38,749 bases of DNA. Source: Octopus bimaculoides. Its lineage: Eukaryota. The stretch lies in the NCBI RefSeq assembly GCF_001194135.2, contig NC_068990.1, positions 57,283,594 to 57,322,342 on the forward strand. Direction: 5' to 3'. The position numbers were made by a program, and so were the translations under genes. The notes under the pieces are model-generated. The model had not been told where the DNA came from and did not search any database. It saw only the letters and a list, made by a program, of their open reading frames with translations. Below, piece by piece: positions 11,231 through 22,923 of the stretch; the first letter of the stretch is position 1, and each line of letters begins with the position of its first letter.

Positions 11231-11690
11231 TTATTATTATTTATCATCTTTGTACAGCTTCTAATGCTGGAAATGTACTACCAGCGAACTAAAGTAACAC
11301 CCCTTATTTTTCGAGTATCATCCGGATTATTTGAGTGGTTCCAGGCAGTGCTGTTTTCTGCAAGTGCTCCACCCTTATTGCAGCCCCTATTTGTTCCATG
11401 TACTTCTCAAGATTTTTTACTCACTGTTTCTAATGCTCCAAAAATTATCGGTACTACTACCACCTTTTTCAGTGACCACAAGTGCTTAACCTCCCAAGCT
11501 AACCTGTCATATCTATCAGCTTTTCTTTCTTCTTTGTCGCATACCTTGCTGTCAGCTGGGCATGGTATATCTATCATCCAGCATCGTTTGCTTTCTTCTT
11601 ATTATTTTTGTTGTTATTATTCAGGATTTTATGATTGGCTTTCCTTGCTAGCATATGTTGGATGGCTTTTCTGGGATTTTCTTTCTTTTT
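11231..11690 (-). mobile_element. Decayed R4/Dong-like RLE retrotransposon, 3' end, copy 2 (distinct subfamily)
   Basis: CWMIDIPCPADSKVCDKE..DRYDRLAWEVKHLWSLKKVVVVPIIFGALETVS..EHLQKTALPGTTQIIRMILEK* (stop 11304-11306), then a short UTR and TAA tail. Confidence 0.85.
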
Positions 11691-11934
11691 TTTTACTATC
11701 ACTTACTTTTAATTGCTTGCTACAACATACAAGGACACTTTGTACCTGTTCTAAAACCAGAATACAGACTATTATTGTTAAATATCCCAGTAAAATTATA
11801 ACACCCAATTTGTTGCTATTGTTTCATTTAGATTCAAACCTGATTGAGCTGATCAAAGCCATTCAGCTCATCCAGAATTACCCATTCATTTCATTTCAAA
11901 GTTTCAGCTCAGAGCTGCGGCCATACACGAAAGA

Positions 11935-12425
11935 AACATCATCATCATCTTCATCACCATTTAGCATTTGCTTCCCATGGTGGCATGTTTTAGACAGTTT
12001 GACTGGAACCAGTAAGCTGGAGAGCTGTATCAAGTTCCAGTCTGGTTTGGCATGGTTTCTACAGCTGGATGCCCTTCCTAATGCCAGCCACTCCAAGAGT
12101 GTAATGGGTGCATTTTACAAGCCACCAGCATGGGTGCTTTATGTGCCACTGGCACAAATGCCAATTACATGACACTAGCATCAGCTATGACTACAATTTC
12201 ACTTGTCTTGATGGGTATTCTCAAGCCTGGCATATTGCCAAAGGTCTCAATCACTTGTCATCACCTTCGTGAGGTCCAATGTTCAAAGATCATGCTTCAC
12301 CACCTTGCCTCATGTTTCCTTGGGTCTACCTCTTTCACAGGTTCTCTCCACAGTTAGAGACTGGCACTTTTTTTTACACAACTGTCCCCAACAAATACGA
12401 CTGCAATTTCACTTGGCTTGATGAC
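11935..12425 (-). mobile_element. RTE-clade LINE 3' end with (GAT)n tail
   Basis: Minus strand RGRPKET.GKVVKHDL.TLDLTKVMTSD..LW (decayed GRPRKTW motif). UTR ggagtggctggcattaggaagggcatccagc, then a gatgatg tail. Confidence 0.8.
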
Positions 12426-12439
12426 TCAAATTAAATTTT

Positions 12440-12540
12440 CCTCTCGTATTTTTTCTAGATGATTCGATGTGATTTGAAGGAGATTTGGTTGCTACATATA
12501 TGAAGGTCAAGCAACCACATGTAGACTCCCTCATTGACTT
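12440..12540. repeat. Unclassified interspersed repeat fragment, related to 21250-21420
   Basis: gatttggttgcta here matches the reverse complement of tagcaaccaaatc at ~21270. Confidence 0.4.
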
Positions 12541-12752
12541 ACAGAATTTATGTTCTGCCATCAAGGTGCCAAAATTTGAAACTTATACATTTCAGTGACT
12601 TGCCCCAAAACACATGTTTATCCATGTAGAAGATTTGAAATCAAAATACTTTGAATATGAAGCTGCCTTAGGTCAGCTTCAATTTTCATAGACTGAATAT
12701 ATTTCTAGTTATTTATAAGGTCTTATATACAGTCATACGTGTGTGTGTGCAC

Positions 12753-12762
<10 letters not shown>

Positions 12763-12794
<32 letters not shown>

Positions 12795-13452
12795 NNNNNN
12801 NNNNNNNNNNNNNNNNNNNNNNNNNNNNNNNNNNNNNNNNNNNNNNNNNNNNNNNNNNNNNNNNNNNNNNNNNNNNNNNNNNNNNNNNNNNNNNNNNNNN
12901 NNNNNNNNNNNNNNNNNNNNNNNNNNNNNNNNNNNNNNNNNNNNNNNNNNNNNNNNNNNNNNNNNNNNNNNNNNNNNNNNNNNNNNNNNNNNNNNNNNNN
13001 NNNNNNNNNNNNNNNNNNNNNNNNNNNNNNNNNNNNNNNNNNNNNNNNNNNNNNNNNNNNNNNNNNNNNNNNNNNNNNNNNNNNNNNNNNNNNNNNNNNN
13101 NNNNNNNNNNNNNNNNNNNNNNNNNNNNNNNNNNNNNNNNNNNNNNNNNNNNNNNNNNNNNNNNNNNNNNNNNNNNNNNNNNNNNNNNNNNNNNNNNNNN
13201 NNNNNNNNNNNNNNNNNNNNNNNNNNNNNNNNNNNNNNNNNNNNNNNNNNNNNNNNNNNNNNNNNNNNNNNNNNNNNNNNNNNNNNNNNNNNNNNNNNNN
13301 NNNNNNNNNNNNNNNNNNNNNNNNNNNNNNNNNNNNNNNNNNNNNNNNNNNNNNNNNNNNNNNNNNNNNNNNNNNNNNNNNNNNNNNNNNNNNNNNNNNN
13401 NNNNNNNNNNNNNNNNNNNNNNTATATATATATAGATATATATATATATATG
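12763..13452. other. Assembly gap (N 12795-13422) flanked by (TA)n
   Basis: N run with TA repeats on both sides. Confidence 0.99.
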
Positions 13453-14456
13453 CATATCTAAAGTGCTTGTGGTAGCCATATTGGACTCACGTTTCAGCTT
13501 GGTTAACAATATGATATAAGAGAGATTGTTAGACAGTGTTGCTAAGGTTAATCAATTGACTTAGATAGAATAGGAGTTCTGATATATCTTGTTACGTGAC
13601 AATTGCTTAATGAGAGCTGCAATAAATATCATCAACATTGCCATAAACAATGAAAGATGGTATCAACCAGTAAGAATTACCAAATCAACAGAACAGTCCA
13701 CTTGCTTTTTCCAGGAATAAGACTTGAAATTTATTATTTCTGAACTGTTTGCAGGATTAATCTATATAAATTTCCTTTATATTCCATACAACTTTGACTA
13801 TTAACAACATAAATTTCACGTCAATCTTCTACTATTTTAGTACAAACTGTGAATTCATTTTATAGCAGTTCTTTATATATTTGTATATATATTTTTCCAA
13901 TTATTTGATGTGCCATGTATGTCTTGCTTCTCTGTTCAACTAATGAAAAGTAGGAAAGAGTAACCAGTGAAGTTAATGTGTTCTTAATTAACTAGTTCTA
14001 TTTATTTATTCTCTTGACATCATAACCATTTTCTTATTTTCTTGGCATTTAGCAGTAGACCTCTTCCTATCCTATATAAACTGTGTTGCTGTATGTATGA
14101 CTGTCTCAAAAATTCTGTTGAAATTCAGTATTAATTTTGAATAAATTATACATTCATTTTTTCAAAAATCTTTAGGATATTAACTTTATACAATTACATT
14201 TATGTATTTGTTTTGCAAGATTCCTGATATAAAATTGTGTATTGAAACAGATATTGTTATGTCATATGTAAACAAACATAAGTTTGTCTTTGAAGTGTTG
14301 AAATGTATTGTAGAACAAGTAGAAAGATAATTTTTTTCAATGCGTAAATACTGAACAGTATATACAGGATAACATCCTTTACGAGCAGAAAAAATTTGTT
14401 ACTAACAAATTTTTCTGCTCTTAAAGGATTTTATCCTATATATACTGTTCAATGTA

Positions 14457-14535
14457 NNNNNNNNNNNNNNNNNNNNNNNNNNNNNNNNNNNNNNNNNNNN
14501 NNNNNNNNNNNNNNNNNNNNNNNNNNNNNNNNNNN

Positions 14536-14565
<30 letters not shown>
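14457..14565. other. Assembly gap followed by (TA)n
   Basis: N run. Confidence 0.99.
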
Positions 14566-14567
<2 letters not shown>

Positions 14568-14924
14568 GAGTATCTTTCTAGATATTGTTATATTTGAAGA
14601 TGGACATTTTTTTTTCTTTTTTCTTTTACCAGATAAACACATGCACTATATACTTCAGTATTATTACTGTTCTTATTATGATGCTAAAATAAGAACAATA
14701 ATAAAGTTGATGTGAAGAACGAGTATATAGTGTGTGTGTTTATTTGGCAAAAGAAAAAAATATGTCTACCCTGAAATATAACAATAACTATATGAATTTC
14801 AAATAAATTTCGTATGACAATTTGAAATAACTGAATGCATTTTGTATACATTTGTTGCTGTATTCCATTAGTTAACATAAAGATTATAGAATAAGGATCA
14901 AAGCTCCTTTCTGAGCAACAAGCT

Positions 14925-15145
14925 CATAAAACCAGCTTCCCAAATTCTATGGGATAAATATTCTTCCCTGGATGGAACCCTGGTCTATCACAGGATTGTT
15001 CATTATTACCAGATGAGTGAACTGGAGAAATGTGAAACTAAGAGTTATGATCAAGAACTCAGTGCGTCAGCTGGTTCAGGAATTGAAACCCCAGTCTTAC
15101 AATCATGAGTGCGACACCCTAACCACTAAACTACATGTCTCTGCA
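14925..15145 (-). mobile_element. SINE family C (tRNA head + CORE-like + V-like)
   Basis: Minus strand gtagtttagtggttagggtgtcgcactcatg (A box), gggtttcaattcc (B box), gttcttgatcataactc. Confidence 0.8.
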
Positions 15146-15334
15146 ATGTAAGGCTTACATATTAATTATGCATAATTATGTATAATACTGGTGTGAATTA
15201 TAAAATGTTTATTAACTTCAAACTTTAAAGCTGACTGAATACTCACATACACACACATACCCAATTCAAAGAACAAACAATTAAAAAACAGAGAAAAAAA
15301 GAAGAAAAAACGAGCGTGAGGACGTGCACAAACA

Positions 15335-15410
15335 ATATATTAATTTGATGCTCAGTGAAAGGATAAAGTTGTTAATGCTTTGAGCATAGCTCTTCATTGG
15401 AAAGAGGGAA
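15335..15410 (-). mobile_element. Short Penelope/retrozyme-like repeat with a decayed hammerhead-like motif
   Basis: Minus strand cttt-CCAATGA-A-GAGC-tat-GCTC-AAAGC-ATT. Same family as 22924-23092. Confidence 0.5.
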
Positions 15411-15526
15411 ATCTAAATAGAAAGAAGGATAAATAAGGAAAAAGTGCCAACAATCCATGTGCAGTTACTGAACAGCAACCAGAAAGTTAAAATATTTTTA
15501 TGTTGCCTTGTAACTCATGACATAAC

Positions 15527-15572
15527 CGATGCCAGTATGGAAAGTAGACGTTAAATGAGGATGATGATGATG
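15527..15572 (+). mobile_element. RTE-type 3' tail fragment
   Basis: gatgccagtatggaaagtagacgttaaatgaggatgatgatg. Confidence 0.7.
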
Positions 15573-15580
15573 TTTTACTG

Positions 15581-15951
15581 TTTTACTTGTTTCAGTCATT
15601 TGACTGCAGCCATACTGGAGCACCGCCTTTTTAGTCGAGCACATCGACCCCAGGACTTATTCTTTGTAAGCCTAGTACTTATTCTATAGGTCTCTTTTGC
15701 TGAACCGCTAAGTGCCGGGGACTTAAACACACCAGCATCGGTTGTCAAGCGATGTTGGGAGGGGGACAAACACAGACACACAAACACATACATATATGCA
15801 TATATACAACAGGCCTCTTTCAGCCTCCGTCCACCAAATCCACCCACAAGGCCTTGGTCGGCCCGAGGCTACAGCTGAAGACACCCACCCAAGGTGCCAC
15901 GCAGTGGGACTGAACTGGGAACCATGTGGTTGGTAAGCGAGCTACTAACCA
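15581..15951 (-). mobile_element. SINE family A, young-looking copy
   Basis: CpG-rich and colinear with the other copies. Confidence 0.9.
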
Positions 15952-16888
15952 TGAAAAGTCTTTGATAGAAATACTAAACAAAATGTATGATAAGCATTGC
16001 TAAACAAACAATAAAATTATGGAAAACCAAGCCAAAACCAATTCACTTCACTTACACAAATAATGTACTTCAAGAAGAGAAAGGCAAGAACATTTATGAT
16101 AGCCATACACATGATAACTATTTACACATTAAATGTCGGACTTTTGTGGGAACGCAAGGAAAAATATATAAAAACAATATTAATAAAACTTAATTTGACC
16201 CAAACCTTGAAGTTAATGTTTACAAAGATATTTTAATAGTATCACTTGTATGTGATTAAATTTGTATTTTTTTGTAACTTCTGTACATTACTTGCATGTT
16301 TTGAAGTATATATAATAATAAAAAAAAAAGATAGTAAGGAATGTTTGTGTTTGCTTCCTGTTAAATTTTCAACAAAAATCTAATTAAGTACTAAATTACA
16401 ATAGTATTTAAGCAAGATTTCCAACACTTTTTATAAGAATAGTTTTGTTTACCTGAATCATAAGACATGGCTTTTTTTTCTTTGTCAGCTAGCTATGCAT
16501 GTAATATAACTAGACTATTAAATTTAGTTCTTTTTAGTTTTAATTTCTTCATCTTCTGTTTTACTTCTTTAAGAACATTTTGATTTTTGACAGGATCCAT
16601 GTTTGCCATTCAGCTATTTTCGTTAATCTCTATGTATCAGATAACACATTGTTTATCCTTTGTTTCAAAGTAATCAGTGGTGACATAAGGTTTCATTAAC
16701 AGTCTTTTCTTTATTTCTTTACTTCGTGTTAGCCACCACAGCTAATGCCATGCAGGAGCATCATCTTCACATTAATATTTTCTTTCTTTTTTCTTTTAGT
16801 TTTATCAAATGACACTCTAAACATTTCAAGCTAAGTACTTATTTCTCTGTCAATCACTCTTTTAATGTGAATTTTTATCCTTGATGTT

Positions 16889-17267
16889 TAAGAAGCTTGC
16901 TTCCCAACCACATGGTTCTAGGTTCAGTCCCACTACATGGCACCTTTGGCAAGTGTCTTCTACTATAATCTCATGCCAACCAAAGCCTTGTGAGTGGATT
17001 TGGTAGATGGAAACTGGAAGAAGCCCATCATGTATATATATATATATCTAAGTGTGTATGTTTTGTGTCTGTGTTTGTTTCTCCATCTCCAGTTGACAAC
17101 TGGTGCTGGTGTGTTTACTCCCTTGTAACTTAGTGGTTCGACAAAAAAGACCGATAGAATAAGTATTAGGCTTAAAAAATAAGTCCTGGGGTTGATTTGT
17201 TTGACTAAAAAATCCTTCAAGGCAGAGCTCCAGCATGGCCACAGTCAATGACTGAAACAAGTAAAAG
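16889..17267 (+). mobile_element. SINE family A
   Basis: ggttcagtcccactac..tttggcaagtgtcttctactat (CORE-like)..internal (TA)n..ccagcatggccacagtcaatgactgaaacaagtaaaaga. Confidence 0.9.
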
Positions 17268-17282
17268 ATAATTAAAAGAAAA

Positions 17283-17690
17283 AACTTTAGCATTGAAAGT
17301 TACACAAACAGCAGAACAGGGAACCACTACATTTTGCCAAAGATCCCAACATTACTAACAAGTTACAGGACCAGCTACTGCAACAGCTTAGGTTTCAAGG
17401 GTACACAGCTCTTCAGTTTCCTCCCCAAAAGCCTGAGAAACCTACATGGAGTGGGGATGTAAGTGTCTGCAAAACAAAACTGGATCTCCTCCTGTCAAGT
17501 GATTTGAATAACCTACGTCGTGGCAGGAAACTTAGATGAGGACAGCAACATCAAACTCACACATTCCACAAAATGTCACATATCAAGAGGTTTCAAGTAG
17601 TAAAAGTGTAACAGAGGCAATAGCAGTGCCCCAGCATGGCTACAACTATCAAATTGAAATTAGTAAAAGAAAAAAATAAATAAATAAATT
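17283..17690 (+). mobile_element. CR1-group LINE 3' end
   Basis: SRTGNHYILPKIP..YCNSLGFKGTQLFSFLPKSLRNLHGV..CKTKLDLLLSS..RTATSNS. Ends in ccccagcatggc..agtaaaaga and an A-rich tail. Confidence 0.75.
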
Positions 17691-18016
17691 GATACTGCAG
17701 ATTTCTTTCAAACTGTATATTTACAAACAAATTTATTTACATTCTGTTTTTCACTTATCCTTTTGTAATCTCTTTCTAATGCTTATCAACACTCCAAATG
17801 ATTTATTCAATCTCAACAGAAGAGTTTATGATGTTGATTATATTTGGGATAATTCCAAGCTCGCGTGAATTCAGCATAAAAGTTTTTAAAAACTCTTGTA
17901 ATACAATATACTTTTGCTATATTCTTGGTTTTGTTTGATATAAGTTCATTAGAAAGAAAGATGCTCTTCTCTTCTAATAGCAGGTTATTTACTGCCAATA
18001 TTAAATTTGCAATTAA

Positions 18017-18049
<33 letters not shown>
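18017..18049. repeat. (GA)n microsatellite
   Basis: Direct inspection. Confidence 0.95.
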
Positions 18050-18052
<3 letters not shown>

Positions 18053-18179
18053 TTGTCAATTTGGTATTTTTTACAAGTATTTTGTGAGTAATTGTTATTG
18101 AATTATTTACCAAGTGTTAACCTTTGTACCAAGAAATTCTTCATAAAACGCTGGTGCTTATTTAATCTTCCAATGCATA

Positions 18180-18760
18180 GATGAAGGTTAAACATGTGAC
18201 AAAACTCACGTGGCTATCTTGTACCTTACTTCTTTAAGAGGTCGCTTCTTGCAAATATATAACTACTTGATAAAGCAGAGTTATAAACCAACAACAATAT
18301 GAAAAGAAAGCAACTGCACTCTGTAGTTATATAACATCCAATCAAGACTGCAGCTATACAAACCACCATCATATTGACTCCTTCAAAACCACTTTTGATT
18401 GACCAGCCATATCTTTGCCAGACTCGACAATAAAACCAGTTTGACATAGATGTCGTGTATGATGCCAACATCTCCAACCATTTACTTCCTCCCTTTCTTT
18501 CTTGATTTCAATGGTCTTGTCTCATCAAGTAAAACACCTCTGTACAATCTTGGAGTGATGACTTAATTTTTGATAGGATTTTTGCTCTGTTCAAAAGCTT
18601 TTCTCTTTCTTATTTTAATATGTCTGCAAAGTAGTTATCACCAGCCAGAACACAAATGTCTCTTCAGATTTTCACTGGGGTTGAACATATAACAATACAT
18701 ACTTCTGTATTCTTCAAGCCAGCCATGAATCTTAAGCAATATGTGTTTAATCCAATCAGA
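18180..18760 (-). pseudogene. Possible highly decayed RTE APE-endonuclease remnant (alternatively an unassigned exon)
   Basis: Fragments IVESGKDMAGQ / SGFEGV / LLSF / ICKKRPLKEVRYK lie in APE motif order but in mixed frames. Confidence 0.3.
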
Positions 18761-19169
18761 CATAGTAATGTATTGATTTTTACACGACAGCAATGCCATT
18801 CTAATTTTCTTACTTTCATCATTTAGGAATCCCTGTTTTCCTCCCTTACTTTTTCATCATTTCATTATCTTGGATAAAAATGAAAAGAAACTATTATTAT
18901 TATTATTAAAATTTTCTAGTAAGAATTTATTATTACAAAAAAAATTAAGACTACTTAAAATCTAAACATATTCAAAGTTAGCAAGTGTATATAAACCACT
19001 GATTTTCCATCTATTTAACTTAATTTTCTTAGAGCATTCATAAATAAGTATTTACAAGAATCAGCAAAGGAGCAGCAGAGCCATTGATTCTCAAATGGGG
19101 TTCATATGGCTTTCAGGGATCCATTTAAGATTTTGTTGTTAAAATTTATGTGCAATATATTGCTTATAT

Positions 19170-21062
19170 GTGCTAGGACAATTTGACCCTGGTTATTTCG
19201 TCGTTGGATAATTTGTACCCGGTCAATTCATTGTTGATCAACTCATTCCCAGGTCAATTTGTCACTGGTAAATTCATCCCAGGTCAATTTGTCCCAAAAT
19301 GCTCAAAAATATGATTTTTGAAGGAAAGTTTAGAACAATCACTTTAGAATTAAAATTGTCGTTGGACAGTTTTAAATATTTTTTCCTTTCTTTAACTCCC
19401 CTCTCTCTCTCTTAAATATTTGCACTGAACAGTTTACAAGCAAAGATTTTCAAACAAATTGAATTAAATTTATTCAATACACCTACCCATCGACATGACT
19501 ACCTGCCCGATCATAATTTCAGAGAAAGGAAAAAATCATAATCGTCAATCAAGAAAATTATATATACACAAAAAATAAGCAGAATGTAGATGGATTGAAG
19601 ATATACTGGAGGTGCAAAAATTGTGTGTGCAAAGCAAGACTTCATACAGATGAACATTTTAAAGAGCTTAAGAAGATTGAAATCCATGACCATGCTTCAC
19701 CTGCTGCAGAGGTAAATGCAAGGATAATAGCTTCAAATAACAAAGTAAAGTCTATTTTATCTCAAGATGCCCCTCACTCAATTATTGCCAGTAAAGTTCA
19801 GAATTTAAATGACTGTACATTGTTGCAAATACCTCTGCTTGCACAGCTTAATAGGAATATTAGATATTAGAGGCAAGCTGATTCCAATGATCCTGCCTCT
19901 CCACTTACAAATGATGGGTTTTCCATTTCAAATGAATACTGCTACCTTGACAATGACGAAACGTTTTTTACAGTATGACAGTGGGATGGAAAATTCAAAA
20001 CGAATACTAATATTTACAAGTGACGAAGCACTTTGACAGTTAAAACAGCACAAGAACTGGGTGGCAGATGGAACATTTAAGTGCTGCTCTAGTATATTGT
20101 CAGTTATATATATTTCACATTCAAACTGATCCTTTTAATGCCCCACAATTGCACTCTGACAAAAGTCAAGACACATATAGTAAACTTTTTGCCAAACTAA
20201 ATGAATTACTGCAGAATGAGGGACCTGATATCATAATTATGGATTTCGAAAAAGCAGGCCATAATGGATTTCTGGAATCGTTTCCTGGGTCAAACTTGGT
20301 ATGCTGTTTGTTTCATTTAGAACAAAATGTGTACAAACATGTTGTGTAAGAAGGACTAAAATTCAGATATCCTGAAGTTTTAGTCTAAAAATGCAGTGTT
20401 TTGTTGCCCTTGCCTTCCTGCCAGTTGAGGATGTTGTAGATGGATATGAACAACTCTTAGATGATGGTGATATTCCACAGTCAATTGTATCTTATTTTGA
20501 AAATAATTATATTGGACCACGTAGAGGAAGAGGACAGAGGAGGCGATGCCTTGAACTTCCATTTCCATTACTTATATGGAAAGTTTGGGATCGATGTATG
20601 ACAGGGACTACTTGTATTACAAATAGTTTAGAAGCCTACCACAGTGTGCTGAAAAACACAGTGAATATTAAACACCCAAATATTTAGAAACTTATTGATG
20701 TGATTAAATGTGAGGAAAGGTTTGCCAGTACCAAATTGCAGAAGTTTATGTAAGGAGAAGAACCAAGCCAAAAGAAAAAAATACAGAGATATGAACCTGC
20801 TTATAAAAAATGTCATGAATATATATGATCCAAGCCAAAAAATTATTTCTTTAAAAGCAATTACACACAACCTTAAATTTTAAGAAAAAAAAAAATGTAA
20901 CATGGCAAACCTTAAAATAGATGTTTTTTTTATTTCAGATATTCATTCTTCCATTATTCCTATGATCTTGACGAATTGACTGACAACAAATTGACCTGGG
21001 GACGAATCGCCTGGGGAGAAATTCAATGATAAAAAATTGCTGTCAACGAATTGACCGGACAC
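19170..21062 (+). mobile_element. Mutator-like (MULE) DNA transposon, complete but inactivated
   Basis: Termini gtgctaggacaatttg / rc gtgtccggtcaattcg, with repeated ccaggtcaatttgt subunits. TSD tgcttatat (19161-19169) / tgcttatac (21063-21071). Confidence 0.85.
19495..20883 (+). pseudogene. FLYWCH-MULE DDE transposase pseudogene
   Basis: SEKGK..YWRCKNCVCKARLHT..HDH (FLYWCH). WVADGTF (D1), IMDFEKA..CLFHL (D2 + CxxH), TNSLEAYH (E). Several stops and frameshifts. Confidence 0.9.
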
Positions 21063-21249
21063 TGCTTATACTTCTACAATACATGAAATACTTCAATTTT
21101 TTTTAAACAATTCATAAAAATGTTCAATTATAAAATGCAGTAGGAATTTTTTTTATATACATTGAATGGCTTTGTGGGCCCAGTAAAATAAAATATGAAT
21201 CAAAGGAGTCCATAGGCAAAAAAAATTATTGAGAACTACTGCTCTAAGC

Positions 21250-21420
21250 ACTCACTCAACCCATGAGAAATAGCAACCAAATCTACTTCAGATAAGTTCC
21301 TAATGTTTAAGATAATAGAAAAACACATTTGTTAGTTTAGTCCTAATTAAAACTGTCTGAATGTCTTTGACCATGGATCTGCTTCATTGAAATTGATTTA
21401 TGCTAAACAACAATAACATG
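21250..21420. repeat. Unclassified interspersed repeat
   Basis: Shares a motif with 12440-12540. Confidence 0.4.
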
Positions 21421-21732
21421 CTTGCATATAAATTAATATATAGATATAACATATTACACATGATGATTAATAATAAAATTATAATGCATGAGCTACATTA
21501 AAACTTAGTGTAAATAACATTAATCAAAAGATATCAGTAAATAATTGTGATCAAGAAGTATGCATTAAATTAGTCTTAGATAAATTATGAAACAAAGCAC
21601 TCATTGGCCATGAGTGAATCATCTTCTCTCACAGATCAGCTTGCCAGAATTGTATTGGGAATAAATAAAAACAGCATGTGTGTGTCACCATAATATTTAT
21701 ATATGTATGATGGTGTATAACAAAATTAAAGG

Positions 21733-21878
21733 TATGGTTCTGTGGTAAGTTTGCTTGCCAACCACATGGTTCCAGGTTCAGCTCCACTGCATGGTACTTT
21801 AAGTAAGTGTCTTCTACTATAGCTTGGGCTGGCCAAAGCCCTGTGAGTGGATTTGGTTGAGAGAAACTGAAAGAAGCC

Positions 21879-21928
<50 letters not shown>

Positions 21929-22140
21929 CTTTGTTAGTCCCTTACCATTGCTTGACAGCTGGTTTTGGTGTGTTTGCGTCCCCATAACTTAGCAGTTTGG
22001 CAAAAACTGATAGAATAAGTACCAGGTTTCACACACAAAAAAAAAGAAAAAATTAGTACTAGGGGCGATTTGTTCGACTAAAATTCTTCAAGGCAGTGCC
22101 CTAGCATGACCACAACCTAATGACTGAAATAATTAAAAGA
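21733..22140 (+). mobile_element. SINE family A, full length
   Basis: Head, CORE-like segment, (TG)n at 21884-21927, tail ccctagcatgacc..aaaaga. Confidence 0.9.
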
Positions 22141-22749
22141 CTAAAAGATAAATGATATAAGACATATACTACATTAATAACTGAGACTTAATGTAAAATA
22201 TGTTATTCAAAATACATCAGTTACCAATATCAGTGATAAGTGAAACACTCTTATTCATTATGATGATATAGTTTGCATATGCAAACAGAAACATGTTTAT
22301 GTATATGCATAGGAATACTTCTCTCTAAGTATGGGAGTTTGGTTCTGTACTATAAGGAGCAGACATTTGATTCTTTTTATAGTTTGCTTCACTGAACAAT
22401 GAACAGGCTTCAGTTTTACTCTAAAGTAGAGTGGCTAAAGGTAGGGAGTGTATTCAAATTGTACAAACATTAACCCTCAACAAATCAATAAACTTGCAGA
22501 TGCAAGAAGCATGATTAAATATATGCATAATAACAAATACATATATACACATACACATACATACACACACACGTGCACAGACACACACACACGCACACAC
22601 ACATATGCATATATATGCGTATACATACATGGGTTAGCGACACGTTTGAAACTCAGAGTAATAAGGAGTTTGAATCAAACTCTTTTGATTTGTAGATGTA
22701 ACTCCCAATAAATGTGTTCAGTGCCTGTCTTTCATATGTCTACTCAATT

Positions 22750-22923
<174 letters not shown>

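Larger units (their letters stand above)
19082..21241. mobile_element. hAT (Charlie/MER5-like TIR) MITE split by the MULE; arms 19082-19169 and 21063-21241
   Basis: Ends cattgattctcaa and ttgagaactactg (CAGTGGTTCTCAA type). 8-bp TSD not convincing. Confidence 0.65.

Noticed and set aside
11195-12172. 325-aa plus-strand ORF, the longest in the window
   Set aside because: It runs antisense across SINE B, the R4 fragment and the RTE tail. It has a non-ATG start and no domain, so it is a chance open frame.
12733-13509. Long ORFs spanning N gaps (also 14396-14715, 33511-34288, 34575-35502, 37175-37507)
   Set aside because: Artefacts of undetermined bases and (TA)n tracts.
14632-14715. Strong plus-strand polypyrimidine acceptor (also at 16594 and ~36410)
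   Set aside because: Frames close quickly or donors are weak and no peptide is recognisable. Such motifs are frequent in T-rich DNA.
19170-19310. Short spaced repeats that could suggest a CRISPR-like array
   Set aside because: These are irregular MULE TIR subunits mirrored at the other end, in a eukaryotic context with no cas genes.
19074-21249. 8-bp TSD for the hAT MITE
   Set aside because: The flanks agcagagc and ctctaagc match only partly, so no TSD is claimed.
22270-22286. Short perfect palindromes (gtttgcatatgcaaac; ggaaggtgg-ca-ccaccttcc at ~34623)
   Set aside because: Too short to exceed chance expectation, or internal to a repeat.
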